Shown here piece after piece: positions 41,598-50,993 of a stretch of 64,000 nt of DNA. The translations under genes were made by a program, and so were the position numbers. The stretch covers positions 3,543-67,542 of the forward strand of contig JAIETQ010000022.1 in the NCBI GenBank assembly GCA_019744995.1, given 5' to 3'. The stretch comes from Amoebophilaceae bacterium (GTDB lineage Bacteria; Bacteroidota; Bacteroidia; Cytophagales; Amoebophilaceae). Within the stretch, counting starts at the first letter, position 1. Every line of letters starts with the position of its first letter. Below the pieces are notes generated by a model that did not search any database, had not been told where the DNA came from, and saw only the letters and a list, made by a program, of their open reading frames with translations.

Positions 41598-44264
41598 ATG
41601 AACAAATGGATCTATTATTTTGGTACTAAAGGTGGGGATGGTAATGCTCAAATGAAAGACGTGCTTGGCAGTAAAGGAGCTGGTCTTGCCGAGATGTCTA
41701 ACTTAAATTTACCTATTCCTGATGGTTTTACTATTACTACAGAACTCTGTAATTATTTCTATAAAAATAATTACAGTTTGCCTGAGAATTTTAATAATGA
41801 TTTAGTGATAGCTATTAAAAATTTAGAAAATTCTACTGGCAAAATTTTTGGTGATCATAATAATCCATTATTATTATCCGTTCGCTCAGGTTCAAGAGCT
41901 TCAATGCCTGGTATGATGGATACTATACTTAATCTTGGGTATAATGATCAAGTTTGCGATGCACTATCAAATATTACTGGAAATGAGATTTTTGCTCTTG
42001 ATAGCTATCGACGATTCTTAGAAATGTATGGATCAATGGTGCTATCAATTTCAAATGGTTTATTTAAAAATGCATTTGAGATGCATAAGGTTAAATGTAA
42101 TATCTATCAAGAGAAAGAAATTACAGGAGATTTTTTAAGAATAATAGTTGAAGAGTTTAAAAAAATAATTTTTAATCATGGTGAAGAATCTCATGGTAAA
42201 GAATCACTTTTTGACCCATATAAACAATTAGAACAATCAATAAAAGCCGTATTAAAATCTTGGGCAGGGGATAGGGCGGTAACTTATAGAAAGTTACATA
42301 ATATACCCAATAACTGGGGTACAGCGATTAATGTCCAGTCAATGGTTTTTGGTAATCAAGGAAGTAATTCTGCTACAGGCGTAGTATTCTTGCGTTGTCC
42401 TGCAACTGGTGAAAATAAGCTTTTTGGTGAATATTTAATAAATGCTCAAGGTGAGGATGTGGTATCAGGGACAAGAACCCCAAGCCCTATTACCAACGAG
42501 CATGATGTAGATTATTCAATGCAAATAGTTATGCCACAAATATTTGAACAATTACAAGAGATTTGTAAGAAGTTAGAGTTACATTACTTAGACGTACAAG
42601 ATATTGAATTCACCGTACAAAACGGAGTTTTGTATATTTTGCAAACACGTACTGCCAAAAGAACAGCTTTAGCCAGCATTAAAATTGCTACGGATATGGT
42701 GCAAGAAGGGCTGATTTCTAAACAACAAGCAATAATGCGTATAGAGCCGGAATCGTTAACGCAGCTTTTACATACGGCTATTGATTATAGCAATACTCTA
42801 GACCATATCTCTAAAGGGCTACCAGCTTCTCCAGGGGCTGCTACTGGTATAGTAGTTTTTTCTCCTTATGATGCTGAGAAAATGTCGCATCACCATAAAG
42901 TGATTTTGGTACGCCATGATACTAGCCCTGAAGATATAAACGGTATGTATGTTTCAGCCGGTATTCTAACAGCCAGAGGTGGGATGACCTCTCATGCTGC
43001 GGTAGTTGCTAGAGGGTTAGGAAAACCATGTGTTTGCGGGGCAAATGATTTGGTAATAGATGAGAAAAAACAGATATTTAAAATAGGTAATACTATCATC
43101 AACTATGGTGACTTAATAACTATAGATGGCGGAACGGGGAAAATTTTCTTAGGGGAGGTGCCATTGATTCAGCCTACTTTTACTAAGGAATTTCAAACAA
43201 TTCTAGATTGGGCAGATGAATTTGCTACTTTAAAAGTTAGAGCCAATGCCGAAACTATTTTAGATGCAGGTGTTTCCCTAAAATTTGGGGCAAGCGGAAT
43301 TGGCTTATGCAGAACAGAACATATGTTTTTTGACCATGATAAAATACCATTAGTACGAGAAATGATCATTGCTCCTGATCTAGAGAGAAGGAAACATGCG
43401 ATTAGTAAATTATTGCCCTTACAAATTCAAGATTTTAAGGCATTATTTAAAATTATACAGGGTAAACCGATAAATATCAGATTGCTTGACCCGCCTCTAC
43501 ATGAATTCTTACCAACAACAGAGGATGATAAAAGAAACTTAGCAAAGGTGATGAATCTACCGTTAGCTGTTGTGGAGCAACGCTTGCATGCATTATATGA
43601 AGTAAACCCTATGCTTGGACATAGAGGATGTCGCCTCGGTATTTCTTATCCTGAGATTTATCAAATGCAAATAAGGGCAATTTTTACTGCTATCAGAGAG
43701 TTACAAGTTGAAGAAAATATCAATACTATTCTGGAGTTAATGATTCCTTTAATTAGTGATGTTAATGAACTGAAAATCTTAAAAATACACATACAAGATG
43801 TTATTACTAACATGGAAGATATTAACAAATGCAAGTTTGATTTTACTCTTGGTACGATGATTGAGCTACCAAGAGCAGCTTTAAAAGCTGGAGAGATTGC
43901 TGAAGAGCTAGATTATTTTAGTTTTGGTACTAATGATTTGACCCAAACAACATACGGCATTTCTCGAGATGATGTAGCCTCATTTTTCCCGGATTATTTG
44001 GAGAAAAAAATCTTTGCATTTGATCCTTTTAGTAAATTAGATCAGGAAGGGGTAGGGGAGTTAATAAAAATTGCTATAAAACGTGGTTTAAAGAGCAACC
44101 CTACATTAAAACTTGGCGTATGCGGAGAGCATGCTGGTAATCCTCATTCTATAGAGTTCTTTTATAGAGTTGGTTTGCATTATGTATCATGTTCACCATA
44201 CCGCATCCCTATAGCAAGGGTTGCCGCAGCTCAGGCAACAATAAAAGCTGATGATTATATCTGA
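41598..44264 (+). CDS. ppdK: pyruvate, phosphate dikinase
   Basis: About 888 aa from ATG 41598 (MNKWIYYFG..GDGNA.MK..LGSKGAGLAEM). The catalytic His loop GGMTSHAAVVARG and the C-terminal GVCGEHAG motif are present. Appears intact. Confidence 0.9.
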   Translation: MNKWIYYFGTKGGDGNAQMKDVLGSKGAGLAEMSNLNLPIPDGFTITTELCNYFYKNNYSLPENFNNDLVIAIKNLENSTGKIFGDHNNPLLLSVRSGSRASMPGMMDTILNLGYNDQVCDALSNITGNEIFALDSYRRFLEMYGSMVLSISNGLFKNAFEMHKVKCNIYQEKEITGDFLRIIVEEFKKIIFNHGEESHGKESLFDPYKQLEQSIKAVLKSWAGDRAVTYRKLHNIPNNWGTAINVQSMVFGNQGSNSATGVVFLRCPATGENKLFGEYLINAQGEDVVSGTRTPSPITNEHDVDYSMQIVMPQIFEQLQEICKKLELHYLDVQDIEFTVQNGVLYILQTRTAKRTALASIKIATDMVQEGLISKQQAIMRIEPESLTQLLHTAIDYSNTLDHISKGLPASPGAATGIVVFSPYDAEKMSHHHKVILVRHDTSPEDINGMYVSAGILTARGGMTSHAAVVARGLGKPCVCGANDLVIDEKKQIFKIGNTIINYGDLITIDGGTGKIFLGEVPLIQPTFTKEFQTILDWADEFATLKVRANAETILDAGVSLKFGASGIGLCRTEHMFFDHDKIPLVREMIIAPDLERRKHAISKLLPLQIQDFKALFKIIQGKPINIRLLDPPLHEFLPTTEDDKRNLAKVMNLPLAVVEQRLHALYEVNPMLGHRGCRLGISYPEIYQMQIRAIFTAIRELQVEENINTILELMIPLISDVNELKILKIHIQDVITNMEDINKCKFDFTLGTMIELPRAALKAGEIAEELDYFSFGTNDLTQTTYGISRDDVASFFPDYLEKKIFAFDPFSKLDQEGVGELIKIAIKRGLKSNPTLKLGVCGEHAGNPHSIEFFYRVGLHYVSCSPYRIPIARVAAAQATIKADDYI

Positions 44265-44330
44265 CAATTTTTTAAATAATTTGCATATATCTATTAGTGT
44301 AGTTAATTTTTATGATATATTACGATATAT

Positions 44331-44420
44331 GACATTGACTCCCTTGGCATTCCCGCTTCTTCCCTTTGTCATTCCCGCGTAGGCGGGAATCTAAGACCCC
44401 TGCTTACGCAGGGGTGACAC
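44331..44420. repeat. RPE-like palindromic element
   Basis: The sequence gtcattcccgcgtaggcgggaatctaagacccctgcttacgcaggggtgacac forms nested palindromes. I recognise it as a Rickettsia palindromic element type. Confidence 0.65.
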
Positions 44421-44459
44421 TAAGTTGGGTAAGGGTGATATTTGTTATAAGTATTGCTG

Positions 44460-45089
44460 TTATAAAATACGTTTATTTGCTTTCTCATCCCCAGGTAATA
44501 TATAACTAGCTCCTTTCCAACTTGAGGAAAAATCAAATTCTCTATATGGCTGATCAAGTTTAACTGGCTCATATACTACTTTTGCTAGAGTTTCATCATA
44601 TTTAACTTGTACATACCCAGTTAATGGGAAATCTTTTCTAAGAGGATGACCAACAAAATCATAGTCTGTTAGAATGCGGCGAATATCATGGCTCCCAGCA
44701 AAATTTACCCCAAACATATCATATGCTTCACGCTCATACCAGCAGGCAGCACTAAAGATTTTGGTAATTGAAGGAATTATGTCATTTTCTCCAACCTCAA
44801 CTTTGACTAGTATACGTTTATTTAATTTAAGACTTAGTAAATTATACACTACTTCAAACCGTTTCAAACGGTCTAAAAAATCAGCAGCAAATAAATCTGT
44901 CAACACGGTAAAACGTAAATTCTCAGATTGCTTAATTGACGATAAAAATGGCAACAAGCTTTCTATAGTAGATTTATAAGCAGCAAAATGTATATTTGAA
45001 CCATTTGACTGTACAGGTAACACAGCTATTTCAAGCTCTTGATTTTTTATCAATTTATCAATAATCTCTTCCATATTATACACTAGCAC
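44460..45089 (-). CDS. nuoC: NADH-quinone oxidoreductase subunit C
   Basis: About 205 aa. The NuoC motif is [29 protein letters not shown]. The likely start is ATG 45074. Confidence 0.9.
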   Translation of the reverse strand: MLVYNMEEIIDKLIKNQELEIAVLPVQSNGSNIHFAAYKSTIESLLPFLSSIKQSENLRFTVLTDLFAADFLDRLKRFEVVYNLLSLKLNKRILVKVEVGENDIIPSITKIFSAACWYEREAYDMFGVNFAGSHDIRRILTDYDFVGHPLRKDFPLTGYVQVKYDETLAKVVYEPVKLDQPYREFDFSSSWKGASYILPGDEKANKRIL

Positions 45090-45528
45090 TCTTAAATCTA
45101 GTAGTTCTTTTAATTTTCCTTTGTAATTGCATTAAGCCATAAATCAAAGCCTCAGCCGTCGGAGGACAACCTGGTACATATACGTCTACTGGTACTATTT
45201 GATCACAGCCACGCACTACTGAGTAGGAATAATGATAATAGCCACCACCATTGGCACAGCTTCCCATTGATAGAACCCATTTAGGTTCAGTCATCTGGTC
45301 ATAAACTTTTCTAAGAGCCGGAGCCATCTTATTGGTTAAGGTTCCTGCAACTATCATTAAATCAGATTGACGGGGGCTTGGTCTAAACAACATACCAAAA
45401 CGATCCATATCATAACGGCTGGAAGCAGCTTGCATCATTTCTACTGCACAGCAGGCAAGACCAAAGCTCATAGGCCAAAGTGAATTAGCTCTAGCCCAGC
45501 CTAGCAAATCATCAAGTTTAGTTATCAA
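45076..45528 (-). CDS. nuoB: NADH-quinone oxidoreductase subunit B (N-terminus interrupted by an in-frame TAA)
   Basis: Fe-S ligand motifs [10 protein letters not shown] and C..GGGYY..SY...GCD...PVD.Y.PGCPP. The natural ATG at 45597 is followed by MKAEIDLYDQDKLLAEEI, then TAA (45541-45543), then [13 protein letters not shown]. Confidence 0.8.
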   Translation of the reverse strand: MITKLDDLLGWARANSLWPMSFGLACCAVEMMQAASSRYDMDRFGMLFRPSPRQSDLMIVAGTLTNKMAPALRKVYDQMTEPKWVLSMGSCANGGGYYHYSYSVVRGCDQIVPVDVYVPGCPPTAEALIYGLMQLQRKIKRTTRFKSASV

Positions 45529-45601
45529 GAATCCTCGATTTTAGATTTCTTCTGCAAGTAGCTTGTCTTGATCATATAAATCTATTTCTGCTTTCATGTA
45601 A

Positions 45602-45976
45602 TTACTCCCAATCTAATGCTCCTTTTTTCCATTCATATATAAAACCAACAGTAAGTACAAATAAGCAAAACATCATTGAAAAAAAACCAAATTTACCAAT
45701 TTTCCCAAGCGTAATAGCCCATGGTATCAAAAAAGTTACTTCTAAATCAAAAATAATAAATAAAATAGCTACTAGGTAAAAACGTACATCAAATTTGCTC
45801 CTAGCATCACCGAAAGGGTCAAATCCGCATTCATAACTATCCAGCTTAGCCTTATTATATTTCCGAGGACTCAAAAGCCTCGGTAATGTAACTATTATCA
45901 ACGACAAAACTGATGCTATAGCAAAAAATACCACTATAGGCAAATATTCTTGTAATATGTGCGATGTTTCCAACAT
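45602..45976 (-). CDS. nuoA: NADH-quinone oxidoreductase subunit A
   Basis: 124 aa with three TM segments. Motifs YECGF.PF.DAR..F..RFYLVAILFIIFDLE and the C-terminal EWKKGALDWE. Confidence 0.9.
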   Translation of the reverse strand: MLETSHILQEYLPIVVFFAIASVLSLIIVTLPRLLSPRKYNKAKLDSYECGFDPFGDARSKFDVRFYLVAILFIIFDLEVTFLIPWAITLGKIGKFGFFSMMFCLFVLTVGFIYEWKKGALDWE

Positions 45977-46020
45977 TAGTAATTACCTTAAAAAATATAT
46001 CTTCTAACTTTCAACAGTTG

Positions 46021-46163
46021 GAACCTCACGTTCTCAAGTCGTCATTGCGAGGAGCCGCTAAAAGCGGCGACGCGGCAATCCATAAAAGTAACCAAAGATG
46101 GACTGCCACGACCTACTTGCGTGGTCTCGCAATGACAGAAAACCTATCTAAAACCCGCTTTAC
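46021..46163. repeat. RPE-like palindromic element flanked by a perfect 20-bp direct repeat
   Basis: Arms are gtcattgcgag (46041-46051) and ctcgcaatgac (46126-46136), with an internal gccgctaaaagcggc hairpin. The 20-mer cttctaactttcaacagttg occurs at 46001-46020 and again at 46164-46183. Confidence 0.75.
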
Positions 46164-46201
46164 CTTCTAACTTTCAACAGTTGTAGGGTTAGTTCTAAAG
46201 C

Positions 46202-46531
46202 TTAATACGGTTTAAATGCTTCATTAAACACGCATACTATTTTTTTGCCATGACGTATTGACAATTTGTGAAATACCTGTTCAATAATCACCATATTAGC
46301 ATTATCTTGAGCAAGTCGATAATTTACCATCGATTTTCTAAGAGCTTCATCAACTGCAAAAATAGCTGGTAACTCAGCATTTTTATCTCTAAATTGTAAG
46401 TAAGTATACACTCCATCATCAAAAATTCTAATTGGGGCAATTGATTCATTACCACTTATCGAATAATTAAAATTATATTTCTCCGGATGAGATAAATCAA
46501 GGTTAGCTGAGGATGTAACATAAGTTTGCAA
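46202..46531 (-). pseudogene. VirB9/TrbG-like type IV secretion protein fragment (C-terminal domain only)
   Basis: The 109-aa frame contains NYSISGNESIAPIRIFDDGVYTYLQF...ELPAIFAVD......VNYR........IIEQVF.KL.IR.G, the VirB9 C-terminal pattern. There is no signal peptide or N-terminal domain. An ATG just upstream is in another frame. Confidence 0.55.
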
Positions 46532-46925
46532 ATGACTTCTGATGGCTCATATTTTTTCAATATTTTGTGTTAATATATTTAAGTATATAATATTTTATCG
46601 CTGCACTAAGTGATATAAGAAAAATAATTATAGATTTAAGTTGAAATAACAAATTTCTAGTTGTAACAATATCACGATCTTAATATGGCATTAAAGTTTT
46701 ATAGCAACTTGAGAAAACAAAATACGGGGTTGTAACTTTAATAAATTATTTGCTAGTATTTTAATTTTTAGTTTAGTATACTTTATAATTAAAATAATAT
46801 GGTGGATATTAAAATGGAAAATATTAATGATTGGGAAGCAAAGTATGTAAATTGTAAATATGCTGAATGTAGAGAACATAATACCAACGAACTAGAAGTT
46901 TTGTAATTGCAAATTTAAACATATA

Positions 46926-47183
46926 CTAATCATTGCGTAACTTTTCCAACATTGCAAAATGACGCAGACCAAATCCATATGCCACAAGGAAAGGTACAAA
47001 TAATATTATTATGCCCCAATTACCAAAAGAATCTATTAAATAGATTAGCCCAAAAGACGTAACAATATACATTTTTGCCCGTATCACAGCAAATGAGATA
47101 CTAACACATCTAAAACGTTTAAATACAGGAAATTGCTTATAAAATATTGGTACTGCTGGGAATGTTCCTGTTTTAAGTAGCAA
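46926..47183 (-). pseudogene. C-terminal fragment of a ProP-like MFS transporter
   Basis: The 85-aa frame (..FPVFKRFRCVSISFAVIRAKMYIVTSFGLIYL...) resembles the last two TM helices of the Rickettsia-type proline/betaine transporters as I recall them. There is no N-terminal part. Confidence 0.45.
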
Positions 47184-47220
47184 TATAAAAGGGTTATCAA
47201 CTAATTTTTCCCTATTTACA

Positions 47221-47628
47221 CTAGTTTGTTTGAAAAATTGTGATAAGCATAGGTAGGTTTTTGGTATTAGGATCTAACTGGTCTAAAATATCACTGATAA
47301 CCTGATTGTTGGGTTCAGTATCCTCTGGTTTAGGATCTGGCTCTGGTTTAGGTTTAGGGTTTTCTCCAACCTCTGGCTTAGGGTTTGGTTTAAGAACCTC
47401 TTTAGAGTTTTTGTTTTTAGGTGTAGAAGCTGCCTCTTTAGACCTATTACAAATGACAGCAGGAGGTGGTGTGGCATTATCTATAGGCGTAAATTGCTGA
47501 TTGCTTGCTGGATTTTTTTGTAGATCAGTAGCTATAGTTGTGCTAGGATTAAGCGCTTTTGGTGTGCTGTTTTTTTGTTTATCAGAAGCTAAACAAGTAT
47601 TGGCATTCAGTAAAAAAAGTACTGACAT
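47221..47628 (-). CDS. hypothetical Pro/Lys/Asn-rich secreted protein
   Basis: 135-aa ORF with a short hydrophobic N-terminus and a low-complexity KPxPEP-type region. Start uncertain because the frame stays open upstream. Confidence 0.4.
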   Translation of the reverse strand: MSVLFLLNANTCLASDKQKNSTPKALNPSTTIATDLQKNPASNQQFTPIDNATPPPAVICNRSKEAASTPKNKNSKEVLKPNPKPEVGENPKPKPEPDPKPEDTEPNNQVISDILDQLDPNTKNLPMLITIFQTN

Positions 47629-47783
47629 AACAGCGAAGTAGGTGCGTAATGTGTTCTACATAAGCCTAAAATTGAACGGGTTAATAGATGTTTTACATGT
47701 AATAAAATAGCAAGAGATAATAAACAATAATGCACACGAACATAACAAAAAATAATTAAAGTTTAGTGCTGGTTTTTAGTTTT

Positions 47784-49940
47784 TTAAACCAATATAAAAT
47801 TAATCAACCGTTTGTTTAAGTCACAGCTTTTGACTTTAACTTTTATCAGATCTCCTATGCGGTAGCTTTTTTTGGTATGCTTCCCAGTAAGTTGAAATTT
47901 ATTTTCTTCTAAGCTATATTGATCATCGGTAAGGTCGGATAGTCGAATCATTCCTTCACATCCATTAGCAATAATTTCCACATAGATATTCCACTCTGTG
48001 ATACCACTGATGGTTCCTTCAAATAGTTGATCGCCTAGATTTTTTATAAACTCTACTTGTTTGTACTTTATAGAAGCCCTTTCTGCTTGCATAGCAACAC
48101 GTTCTCTTTCAACAGCATGTTGACATTTTTTTTCATAAGATGCGCTGTTGTACGTTTTTATCCCTTGTAGATATTGTTTCAATAAGCGGTGTACCAGCAA
48201 GTCAGGATACCTCCTAATAGGCGAGGTAAAATGGCTATAATGGCGAAAAGCTAGCGCAAAATGCGGTTTAGGCTCCGTAGTGTAGAGTGCTTTTGCCATA
48301 GCACGAATGGCTAAGGATTGTATCATAGACTCTTCTTGTGTGCCTTGGATGGCTTGTTCTAAATGATGCATGGCTTTAAAGATCGGCCCTTCACCCACAT
48401 TAATCTTGTATCCCAGCTGTTTTACAAATGCAAAAAAATCATTGAGTTTTTCTGGATCAGGATCATCATGTGTTCTGTAAATAAAAGTAGGTGTGGGATC
48501 CTCTTTTGTTTGCTTCATATGGGCTACATAGCTGGCTACTTCTTTATTGGCTAACAACATAAATTCTTCAATCAATTTATGGGTATCCTTACGTACTTTA
48601 GGTATAAGTTGGAGAGGCTTGCCTTCTTCATCTAACTCAAAGAGCAATTCTCTGGTTTCAAAATTTATGGCTCCTTGCTTAATACGTGCGGTACGCAGCT
48701 GTTTAGCTAAACTATTGACTTGGGTAAGTTCTTGATAAAAATCACCATTTTTTGCATCTATAATGGCTTGTGCTTCTTCATAAGAAAACCGTTTATTGGA
48801 ATGGATAACCGTTTCTCCAAACCATCTATTTTGCACTTTACCCGATTCATCCAATTCAAAAACAGCGGAAAAGGTCAATTTATCTTTATCTGGACGTAAA
48901 GAACAGAGGTCATTAGAGAGTAATTCAGGTAACATAGGAATACAGCGATCTACTAAGTAGACAGAGGTGTTGCGCGCATAAGCCTCATCATCCAATAAAG
49001 TGGCAGGCAAAATGTAATGGCTTACATCTGCAATATGAATACCTACTTGATGGCCCCCATTGTCTAATCTTTGATAAGAGAGTGCATCATCAAAATCTTG
49101 TGCATCTGCAGGATCTATGGTAAAGGTGGGTATATGGCGTAGGTCTTTTCTTCTAGCTATTTCCTCATTGGTAATCGTTTGAGCAATAGATTGCATGCTT
49201 TCAATCACCTGATCCGGAAAGGTATCCTTTAAATCAAACTCGGCCATAATGGCATGTATTTCCACTTCATGTATACCAGCGGGGCCTAGGTGTTGGACTA
49301 TCTTACCTTTTAATTGTTGCTGTTCACCGGGAAAAGAAGTTAGTGCAATAATAACCTTATCATTGACCGCTAGGTTTGCTATAGCTTGTCCTTCAATAAG
49401 GACTTCAAAAGAGAGATGTTTTTGTTCTATAATAACTTTTGGTTGATTACCAGCAGCAATGACCAAGCCAATCATGGGTGCTTTATTGCGTTCTAGAATT
49501 TCTACCACTACACCTTCGAGCCGTTTGAAGCCCCTTGTCGGTAGTAGCTGTACTTTTACTAAATCGTTATGTAAAGCACCTGCTAGGTTTTTTTGCCATA
49601 CCAGTACATCTTTAGCCTGGCCTGGAACAACCATATAAGCATATTCAGCGCGCACATAATCTATATGACCTATTAAGTAAGTAGGGGGGCTAGGATATAG
49701 GTAGCGGTCTTTGCTTGTTTTATGAATGATTCCCTCTTTTAAGAGCTGCAGTAAGCTTTCTTTTACACGGGCTTGTTCTGTTTTTTTCTTAAGCTGTAAA
49801 GCAGCATAGAGCTGTTGTCGGGTATACGTAATCTTTGGATCTTGTTGTAAGATGGTTAGAATACGTGGTCTATAGTCTAGTAACGTTCTGTTTTTCTTGA
49901 CTTTTTGTTTTGTTTTAGGTTTAGGCATATAAACTTGCAA
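47784..49940 (-). CDS. rnr: ribonuclease R
   Basis: RNB catalytic domain (TIDP.DA.DFDDA, HFALA...YSHFTSPIRRYPDL.VHR) plus a C-terminal S1 domain. The likely start is ATG 49928. Confidence 0.9.
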   Translation of the reverse strand: MQVYMPKPKTKQKVKKNRTLLDYRPRILTILQQDPKITYTRQQLYAALQLKKKTEQARVKESLLQLLKEGIIHKTSKDRYLYPSPPTYLIGHIDYVRAEYAYMVVPGQAKDVLVWQKNLAGALHNDLVKVQLLPTRGFKRLEGVVVEILERNKAPMIGLVIAAGNQPKVIIEQKHLSFEVLIEGQAIANLAVNDKVIIALTSFPGEQQQLKGKIVQHLGPAGIHEVEIHAIMAEFDLKDTFPDQVIESMQSIAQTITNEEIARRKDLRHIPTFTIDPADAQDFDDALSYQRLDNGGHQVGIHIADVSHYILPATLLDDEAYARNTSVYLVDRCIPMLPELLSNDLCSLRPDKDKLTFSAVFELDESGKVQNRWFGETVIHSNKRFSYEEAQAIIDAKNGDFYQELTQVNSLAKQLRTARIKQGAINFETRELLFELDEEGKPLQLIPKVRKDTHKLIEEFMLLANKEVASYVAHMKQTKEDPTPTFIYRTHDDPDPEKLNDFFAFVKQLGYKINVGEGPIFKAMHHLEQAIQGTQEESMIQSLAIRAMAKALYTTEPKPHFALAFRHYSHFTSPIRRYPDLLVHRLLKQYLQGIKTYNSASYEKKCQHAVERERVAMQAERASIKYKQVEFIKNLGDQLFEGTISGITEWNIYVEIIANGCEGMIRLSDLTDDQYSLEENKFQLTGKHTKKSYRIGDLIKVKVKSCDLNKRLINFILV

Positions 49941-50225
49941 TGAAAGAGGTAATTAGATAGGATCGGCTACATTTTCTACAAAATACCATTAAATTACTTA
50001 AAAATAAATGTTTTAAACTAATATATCTTACATAGAGCCTACTTACTGGGACTGATTATTTTGGTTTATTTTTTATATATTGAATATGATTTAACCTGTA
50101 ATAGGAGCACCAGTTGTCTATGGTGGCTTATATTATTCCCAATAGTTGGTTTGGCCAAACCATTTAGCATTTAATTATTTACAATTATTTACAATTATTT
50201 AAGAGGAATTATTTTTACTTATTTT

Positions 50226-50993
50226 ATGAAAAACCATATAGAAAATTTAGTATTTGCGGGAGGGGGCGTATTAGGCGCTGCCTTTATAGGTTCCTTAGAA
50301 GCAATCGATGAAAAAGTACAATCACTTCATGCTATTAAGCAATTTATAGGTACATCGGTAGGTTCTATTCTAGCAATCTTTAGTGCATTACGCTATACGA
50401 CTACTGAAATAAAAGAAATCATGCTTGATTTAGATTTTAAAAAACTAGCGGATCAAGGTATTTATACGCTTAATTTTGATACATTTAGCATAACAGGTAT
50501 CTATGAAGATATCAAGGATATATATAAGTTGATTCGTAATGAACGAGGAAATTTTGGTCTAAATAGTGGCCATTTTTTAGAAAATTGGATAGAAGGGATT
50601 ATTGCCAAAAAACTAGGAAAAAAGCAGGCTACATTTGCTGATTTACATAATAATCCCACCATGGGGCTGCTGCATATAACAGGTTCCAATTTTAGTGAGC
50701 ATAAAAGTGAAGTTTATAACGTTGAAAATACCCCTCATATGGTTATTTCTAGAGCTGTGCGCATTTCTACTTCTGTTCCTATATTGTTTGGTGTAGTCAA
50801 AGAAGGTAATATTATTAAGGTTGATGGAGGAGTATATAATAATTTCCCCATGGAGTTATTTAGTGACGCGGAAAACCGGAAAACCATAGGGCTAAATTTT
50901 TCTACTAGCCTTACCCACCATCTAGCTAAGCACCATAAAATAACGGTAGAAAACATGGATCAATTTGTATGGGAAAAGTACATGGCCGCCTAG
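50226..50993 (+). CDS. patatin-like phospholipase
   Basis: GGGVLG oxyanion motif, GTSVGS nucleophile elbow and the DGG catalytic Asp motif. The 3' end abuts or overlaps the pyrG remnant. Confidence 0.8.
   Translation: MKNHIENLVFAGGGVLGAAFIGSLEAIDEKVQSLHAIKQFIGTSVGSILAIFSALRYTTTEIKEIMLDLDFKKLADQGIYTLNFDTFSITGIYEDIKDIYKLIRNERGNFGLNSGHFLENWIEGIIAKKLGKKQATFADLHNNPTMGLLHITGSNFSEHKSEVYNVENTPHMVISRAVRISTSVPILFGVVKEGNIIKVDGGVYNNFPMELFSDAENRKTIGLNFSTSLTHHLAKHHKITVENMDQFVWEKYMAA

Noticed and set aside
41372-41605. 77-aa minus-strand ORF between parE and ppdK
   Set aside because: It spans the palindromic element and overlaps the ends of both neighbouring genes. It looks spurious.
45964-46170. 68-aa plus-strand ORF upstream of nuoA
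   Set aside because: It is made almost entirely of the palindromic RPE-like element, translated. It is not an independent gene.
47283-47500. Two 64-aa ORFs (one on each strand) inside the Pro-rich ORF 47221-47628
   Set aside because: They are alternative frames of a low-complexity repeat region. Only the longest frame, which has an N-terminal hydrophobic segment, was kept, and even that has low confidence.
50173-50203. Tandem 10-bp repeat acaattattt (about 2.5 copies) upstream of the patatin-like gene
   Set aside because: It is too short and AT-rich to be a CRISPR array or a meaningful minisatellite. It is probably slippage in an AT-rich spacer. The same applies to the duplicated tagaggtatatata at 57119-57146.
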